A stretch of DNA of 64,000 bases from Bdellovibrionales bacterium (GTDB lineage Bacteria > Bdellovibrionota > Bdellovibrionia > Bdellovibrionales > UBA1609), in contig DAHVQG010000006.1 of assembly GCA_027317865.1 (NCBI GenBank), forward strand, positions 1 through 64,000. Direction: 5' to 3'. Position numbers and translations under genes: made by a program. Every line of letters starts with the position of its first letter. Within the stretch, counting starts at the first letter, position 1. Shown here piece after piece: positions 59,313 to 64,000 of this stretch. Below the pieces are notes generated by a model. It had not been told where the DNA came from. It was given only the letters and a program-made list of their open reading frames with translations, and made no database searches.

Positions 59313-61841
59313 ATGAACCGTCGAAGTGAAACATCTAAGGCTACGATATTTATGGCATTAGCCGTTACGGCTATGTTGGCCCTGACGACGCGTTTGTCTG
59401 CGCAACCGGTGCAACCTGACACATTGTCACCGACCGACACATCATCCCCAACAGACACTTTCGCACCAACTGCGCCAACCGATTCGCAAAGCCCGCTGCA
59501 AACAGTGGACAATAAAACGCCGCCGCCGGGGGGGCCGTACCTCATGTCGGCCAACGGCAAGATCAATTTTGCGAATGCGCAACCTGAAGACATTACGAAC
59601 AAAAACTTTCCGGATATGATTGAGAGTTTCGATTACCCGAACGCGAATATTGCCGACGTCGTCAAAGCGATCAGTAAACTTACAGGTAAAAACTTTATAA
59701 TTGGCCAAGGCGTGACCGGCAAAATCTCGATTATTGCCCCAAGTAAGATCACCGTAGCCGAGGCATACAAAGCATTTTTGACCGCATTAGCGATGAACAA
59801 TTATACCGTCGTGCCTGACGGCGCATTTTTGAAAATTCGCAGTTTGCAAGAAGCATCGAAAGAAAATATCGACACGTATTCGGGCGCATACTTTCCGCAC
59901 AGCGATCAATTGATCACGCGCATTATCAAGCTGAAGTACATCAACGCCGACGACATTCAAAAAACTCTGCAAGGGCTTATTAATCCGAACGGAAATATCG
60001 AGGTGTATGCGCCGACTAACTCCCTCATCATTACGGATCTCGGTTCGAACATTTATCGCATTCAAAACATCATCGACCAGTTGGATGTGCCGGGTTATGA
60101 GCAACGACTCGTTGTTATTCCGATTCGTTATGCCCGCGCCAAAGATATCGCCGATCTCATCAGCAAAATTATTAGCCAACAACAAGGCGGGCAAAATCAA
60201 TTTCGCCCCGGCTTTCCGGCTTTTCGACCGTTTGGGCAGCAGCCGCCGTCTACCGGAGGCGCCGCTAACTACTCTCTTGTTCTTCCGGATCTGCGCACAA
60301 ATTCGATCATCGTCGTCGGTAATGACGCCGGTATAAAACGCATTCGAGGGCTTGTGGCCAAACTCGATTATCCCATGCGCAATGCCGCGGGTTCAGGCGT
60401 ATATGTCTATTATGTTCGCTACGGCGACGCGGAAAGTATCGCCAAAGTTCTTAACGGAATCGCCGCCGAAAGCAAAAAAGAGCAGAAGAAAGCGGCTGCT
60501 CCGACGCCACAGCCGGAATTCGGCATGCCCGAAACGGCCGCCGCGCCTGTTGAGGCGATTCAACCTCTTTTCGGTTCAGACGTGAAAGTTACGTCCGACA
60601 AAGCGACAAATAGCATTGTCGTCATGGCTTCGCGGCAAGACTGGGATGTGATCCACGCGATTTTGCATAAACTTGACATCCCACGCGACCAAGTTTTTGT
60701 GAAATCAATCATCATGGAGATGGACGCAACGAAAGAAAGTAACTGGGGCGTTAATTATTTTAAATTTATGCCCGGAACGAACGGCCTCGGCCGCTGGGAT
60801 TTGGTTACTTCGTCAAATGCTGAGAATCTTCTCAATCCAATAAATGACACCGGGCTCAACCTCGGTTTTGGTTCGAGCGACTTGGTGACGGTCAATACCC
60901 CGCTTATCGGATCGACAATGGGCACGACGGGGACAACGCCTGGAATTAGTAATTTTCAGGTGCCGAGCCTTCTTGGCCTGATTAATTTCATAAAGACGAC
61001 AACAAATGCCAACATTCTTTCGGCCCCGACTCTAACGGCGATTGACAACGAAAAATCAACAATTGAAGTTGGTGAGGACGTGCCAATATCGCAGACCGCC
61101 GTGCAATCGACGAACGGGATTGCAACACCGAACATTCAACGCAAAGATTTAACGTTGAAAATGGAAATCACGCCATACATCAGCCCCGATACCAATATGG
61201 TCCGGCTCAAACTTCACAATGAAATTAAACAACTCGCACCGCAAGTTTCGCTCGGGAGTGCAACGAATCTTGAAGCGAATGCCGTCGTGTACACGACACG
61301 CGACGTGAACACCCAAGTTATCGTCAATAGCGGTGACACGGCCGTGATCGGTGGCCTGATGCAGGACAAAGACACTCGTACCGTCACAAAAGTACCAATT
61401 TTAGGTGATATTCCGATTTTAGGTTGGCTATTTAAATCTGATAATCCAACTAAAGAAAAAATGGATTTATTGATTTTCATCACGCCCAAAATCATCCGCA
61501 CGACACACCAAAGCCATCAAGTGGTGAACTCGCAATTGGCGGAACGGCTCAACTTTATTAAAAAATACGAGGATGGCCGCGACCCGTACGGTTACGAAGT
61601 CAATCGGCTCCCGCGTAGCGCCGACAATTTGAATGTCCCCGATAAGAAGCAATCAGATAACGCATTGGCACCGCTCGAAAATAACAGTAACGGTGGGTCT
61701 GGAAGTAATAGTAATGGTGGTTCTGGCAGTAGCGGCTCCGGTAATAACGGTCACGGCTCTAGCGGTAATAGTTCGAACAACGGCGGTAATAGCACCGGTG
61801 ACGGCAGTAGCTTTAGCGGCAATGGTATTATGTCGCCCTAA
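59313..61841 (+). CDS. gspD: Type II secretion secretin GspD
   Basis: N domains (TGKNFI, TNSLII), NILSAP...DNE, KVPILGDIPILGWLFK, LIFITPKII; AAGGAG upstream of ATG 59313. Confidence 0.95.
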   Translation: MNRRSETSKATIFMALAVTAMLALTTRLSAQPVQPDTLSPTDTSSPTDTFAPTAPTDSQSPLQTVDNKTPPPGGPYLMSANGKINFANAQPEDITNKNFPDMIESFDYPNANIADVVKAISKLTGKNFIIGQGVTGKISIIAPSKITVAEAYKAFLTALAMNNYTVVPDGAFLKIRSLQEASKENIDTYSGAYFPHSDQLITRIIKLKYINADDIQKTLQGLINPNGNIEVYAPTNSLIITDLGSNIYRIQNIIDQLDVPGYEQRLVVIPIRYARAKDIADLISKIISQQQGGQNQFRPGFPAFRPFGQQPPSTGGAANYSLVLPDLRTNSIIVVGNDAGIKRIRGLVAKLDYPMRNAAGSGVYVYYVRYGDAESIAKVLNGIAAESKKEQKKAAAPTPQPEFGMPETAAAPVEAIQPLFGSDVKVTSDKATNSIVVMASRQDWDVIHAILHKLDIPRDQVFVKSIIMEMDATKESNWGVNYFKFMPGTNGLGRWDLVTSSNAENLLNPINDTGLNLGFGSSDLVTVNTPLIGSTMGTTGTTPGISNFQVPSLLGLINFIKTTTNANILSAPTLTAIDNEKSTIEVGEDVPISQTAVQSTNGIATPNIQRKDLTLKMEITPYISPDTNMVRLKLHNEIKQLAPQVSLGSATNLEANAVVYTTRDVNTQVIVNSGDTAVIGGLMQDKDTRTVTKVPILGDIPILGWLFKSDNPTKEKMDLLIFITPKIIRTTHQSHQVVNSQLAERLNFIKKYEDGRDPYGYEVNRLPRSADNLNVPDKKQSDNALAPLENNSNGGSGSNSNGGSGSSGSGNNGHGSSGNSSNNGGNSTGDGSSFSGNGIMSP

Positions 61842-62890
61842 TGAGCGAAGGGAGTGAGCAGCCACACCAGACGAAGTTGATCGTCGTGTACTTGGTGTGT
61901 CTGCTGAAGCGGTGCCGTGCCTTCAAGAAGTAATTTAGAAGTGTCGTCGTCCGATTTTAAAGCAACAACGACACTCAAATCCGTTTCTGCATCGCCGCCG
62001 ATGGCCATGTTAGGATCAAAAAAATCGTACCGCGTACCCACCGTCCAGTTTCGTGATAAATCGCGGCTCACCTGCAAAAGCTGATAATCGTATCGACCCG
62101 TTTCATCGTTTTGCACCATTTCACCGCCGCCAATCTCACCGACCACATTCCAATCTAACGGAGTGTACTCGGCGAACAAAGCGCCGTTTCGCCAACGCGA
62201 AGTTATGCCCGGTTGAAATCCCGCAATCGTATTGGTGGAATTTGTCGTAAGATCTGCCGAAACAACCCCCGTTTGCAGCGAAAGTTGCACTTTAAGATTA
62301 CGCGAATTTGACCATCCCCAATTGCCGGTCAACCACGGATTGCCGTCATTCGCTTGATCGATCGAGCCGTTATGGATGACTAATTCGGTAAAATACCCGT
62401 CGTGTTCTGTATAAAAACTAACACCTTCATCGCTCAGAGCGATGAGCCGGCGGCTGAACGACTGCGAATATTGAAAATACCGATGAACCTCGTTGAGAGT
62501 TCCGTCGTATCCAAAATCAATTGGTATCAGCCCCGCCCGCACACGACCATAAACTCCGTTGTATTCGGCATAGGCGTCGACCAAACCCAATTGTGAAGGA
62601 TTCGTGTTGGAATAATAAATCGGCATATTCCGGTAAGCCTGATCGCCGATCGTAAAATGCGCCGACCAGTGGCGGTCTTTGCGCCACAATACTCCAAATG
62701 CGGAGTTGCCAAGGTCAAAAGAACCGCCCTTTTCTTCTTGTGAAAAATACGTGGCACGCATGCGGACATCGTTGATTGATAGCGTGCCTATCTTTTCTTC
62801 TGCGTGAGCTGCAGAAACACAAAAAACTTGCGTGCATAATGCGACTGCCGCAATCAACCGTGTCGCAACCAAAATTGATTTCATCTTCAC
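61838..62890 (-). CDS. Secreted beta-rich protein, probable outer-membrane porin-like barrel
   Basis: Signal AHA; DAYAEY..RAGLIPIDFG, GTRYD.FDP, alternating beta pattern. Confidence 0.6.
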   Translation of the reverse strand: MKMKSILVATRLIAAVALCTQVFCVSAAHAEEKIGTLSINDVRMRATYFSQEEKGGSFDLGNSAFGVLWRKDRHWSAHFTIGDQAYRNMPIYYSNTNPSQLGLVDAYAEYNGVYGRVRAGLIPIDFGYDGTLNEVHRYFQYSQSFSRRLIALSDEGVSFYTEHDGYFTELVIHNGSIDQANDGNPWLTGNWGWSNSRNLKVQLSLQTGVVSADLTTNSTNTIAGFQPGITSRWRNGALFAEYTPLDWNVVGEIGGGEMVQNDETGRYDYQLLQVSRDLSRNWTVGTRYDFFDPNMAIGGDAETDLSVVVALKSDDDTSKLLLEGTAPLQQTHQVHDDQLRLVWLLTPFAH

Positions 62891-62907
62891 TGCCCCCGAA
62901 TTGATCT

Positions 62908-63687
62908 TCAGCGCCCGGTAAACTGCGGCGCGCGCTTTTCTAAAAACGCGGCTATCCCTTCGCGTTTGTCGTCTGACCGAAACACTTGCCCGAACAATTC
63001 CGCCTCAAGTTTTAACCCCTCCGTCTGCGGCAATTCAACCCCTCGTCGAATGGCTTCTTTGGTAAACCGAATTGCACGCGGGCTGCGCTCGGCAATTTTC
63101 TGCGCAATTTTCTTTGCCTGTTCCATTAAATCGACGGGTTCAAATGTCAACGCTACAACTCCCCATTTTTCCATTTGCTCCGCCGTATAAACGTCGCCCG
63201 TGAGCGTAATGAGCCGCGCACGCGATCGGCCGACAATGCGGCTGAGCCGTTGCGTACCGCCGTAGCCGCAAATGAGGCCGAGTGACACCTCGGGAGTGCC
63301 CATTTTCGCTTTTTTCGATGCTACAATGAAATCGCAAGCAAGGGCCAATTCGAGGCCGCCGCCTAAAGCAAAACCATTTACGACAGCAATTGTCGCAAAC
63401 GGTAAATCTTCGAGACTCTGAAAAACGCGCTGCCCTTCTTCAGACATCGTCCGCCCCGTTTCGGGTCCGCGCTCAGACATTTCTTTTATATCGGCGCCAA
63501 CAGCAAAAGCTTTACCGGATCCGGTTACGAGCAAACAACGAATCGATGAATCGTCGCGAATCGAAGCCAGGCATTCACCCAACTCCCGAATCATTAGAGC
63601 GTTTAAAGAATTGAGGGCGTCCGGCCGATTGAGCGCAAGTGTTGCGATCGCGCCCTCGCGAGTGAGTTCCACCGTTTGAAAGGACAT
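62908..63687 (-). CDS. Enoyl-CoA hydratase (crotonase)
   Basis: LNRPDALN, AF.VGADI, ALGGGLELALACD, PEV.LG, GGTQRL; GGAGG RBS. Confidence 0.93.
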   Translation of the reverse strand: MSFQTVELTREGAIATLALNRPDALNSLNALMIRELGECLASIRDDSSIRCLLVTGSGKAFAVGADIKEMSERGPETGRTMSEEGQRVFQSLEDLPFATIAVVNGFALGGGLELALACDFIVASKKAKMGTPEVSLGLICGYGGTQRLSRIVGRSRARLITLTGDVYTAEQMEKWGVVALTFEPVDLMEQAKKIAQKIAERSPRAIRFTKEAIRRGVELPQTEGLKLEAELFGQVFRSDDKREGIAAFLEKRAPQFTGR

Positions 63688-63703
63688 GATTTGCCTCCGC
63701 GCC

Positions 63704-64000
63704 TTAAGCTTTCTTCGAATAATCGTAAAATCCGCGGCCATTTTTACGCCCGTACCATCCCGCTTCAACATATTTTATCAAAAGCGGGCACGGACGATAC
63801 TTCGGATCGCCCAAACCGTCATATAACACATTCATAATCGCGAGGAGCGTATCTAAACCCACAAAATCAGCAAGTGTTAACGGACCCATCGGTTGATTCG
63901 TGCCAAGCTTCATACCGGTATCGACATCTTCAACAGTCGCGATACCTTCGTAAACCGCGTAAATCGCTTCGTTGATCATTGGGCACAAAACACGATTAAT
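63704..64000 (-). CDS. 3-hydroxybutyryl/acyl-CoA dehydrogenase, C-terminal part (starts beyond window)
   Basis: [40 protein letters not shown]. Confidence 0.92.
   Translation of the reverse strand: MNRVLCPMINEAIYAVYEGIATVEDVDTGMKLGTNQPMGPLTLADFVGLDTLLAIMNVLYDGLGDPKYRPCPLLIKYVEAGWYGRKNGRGFYDYSKKA

Noticed and set aside
40733-64000. Many 60-180 aa ORFs overlapping core genes
   Set aside because: Alternate-frame or antisense shadows of well-supported CDSs, with no motifs.

Overview
Bacterial chromosomal window, most likely Bdellovibrionota (inference from three TIGR02147/DUF4423-like genes, an FQNC lipoprotein, a mevalonate cluster next to rplT, and ACIII/T2SS genes). 1-22 kb is accessory-looking: the left end of an IS1202/ISNCY-like element, many secreted or lipoprotein hypotheticals (several behind sigma54-type promoters), redox enzymes, a DEAD-box helicase and a photolyase. 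22.1-28.9 kb is a ~6.7 kb integrative element in tRNA-Ser(CGA), with a 45-bp att duplication, candidate arm/Xis/IHF sites, integrase, Xis-like gene, a ~100-nt hairpin, a three-gene toxin-antitoxin (TA)-like operon and a secreted transglutaminase-like protein. 29-64 kb is mostly core: patatin, MFS, mevalonate pathway, rplT-rpmI, infC (ATT start), thrS, alternative complex III with system II cytochrome c biogenesis, gspC-gspD, crotonase and hbd. The best candidate for an undescribed system is a module seen three times: a TIGR02147-like HTH gene divergent from a sigma54-type-promoter gene for a secreted protein with a Gly-rich mature N-terminus and a zincin-like 'HE' motif lacking the second His. 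All family assignments are by eye; no searches were run.
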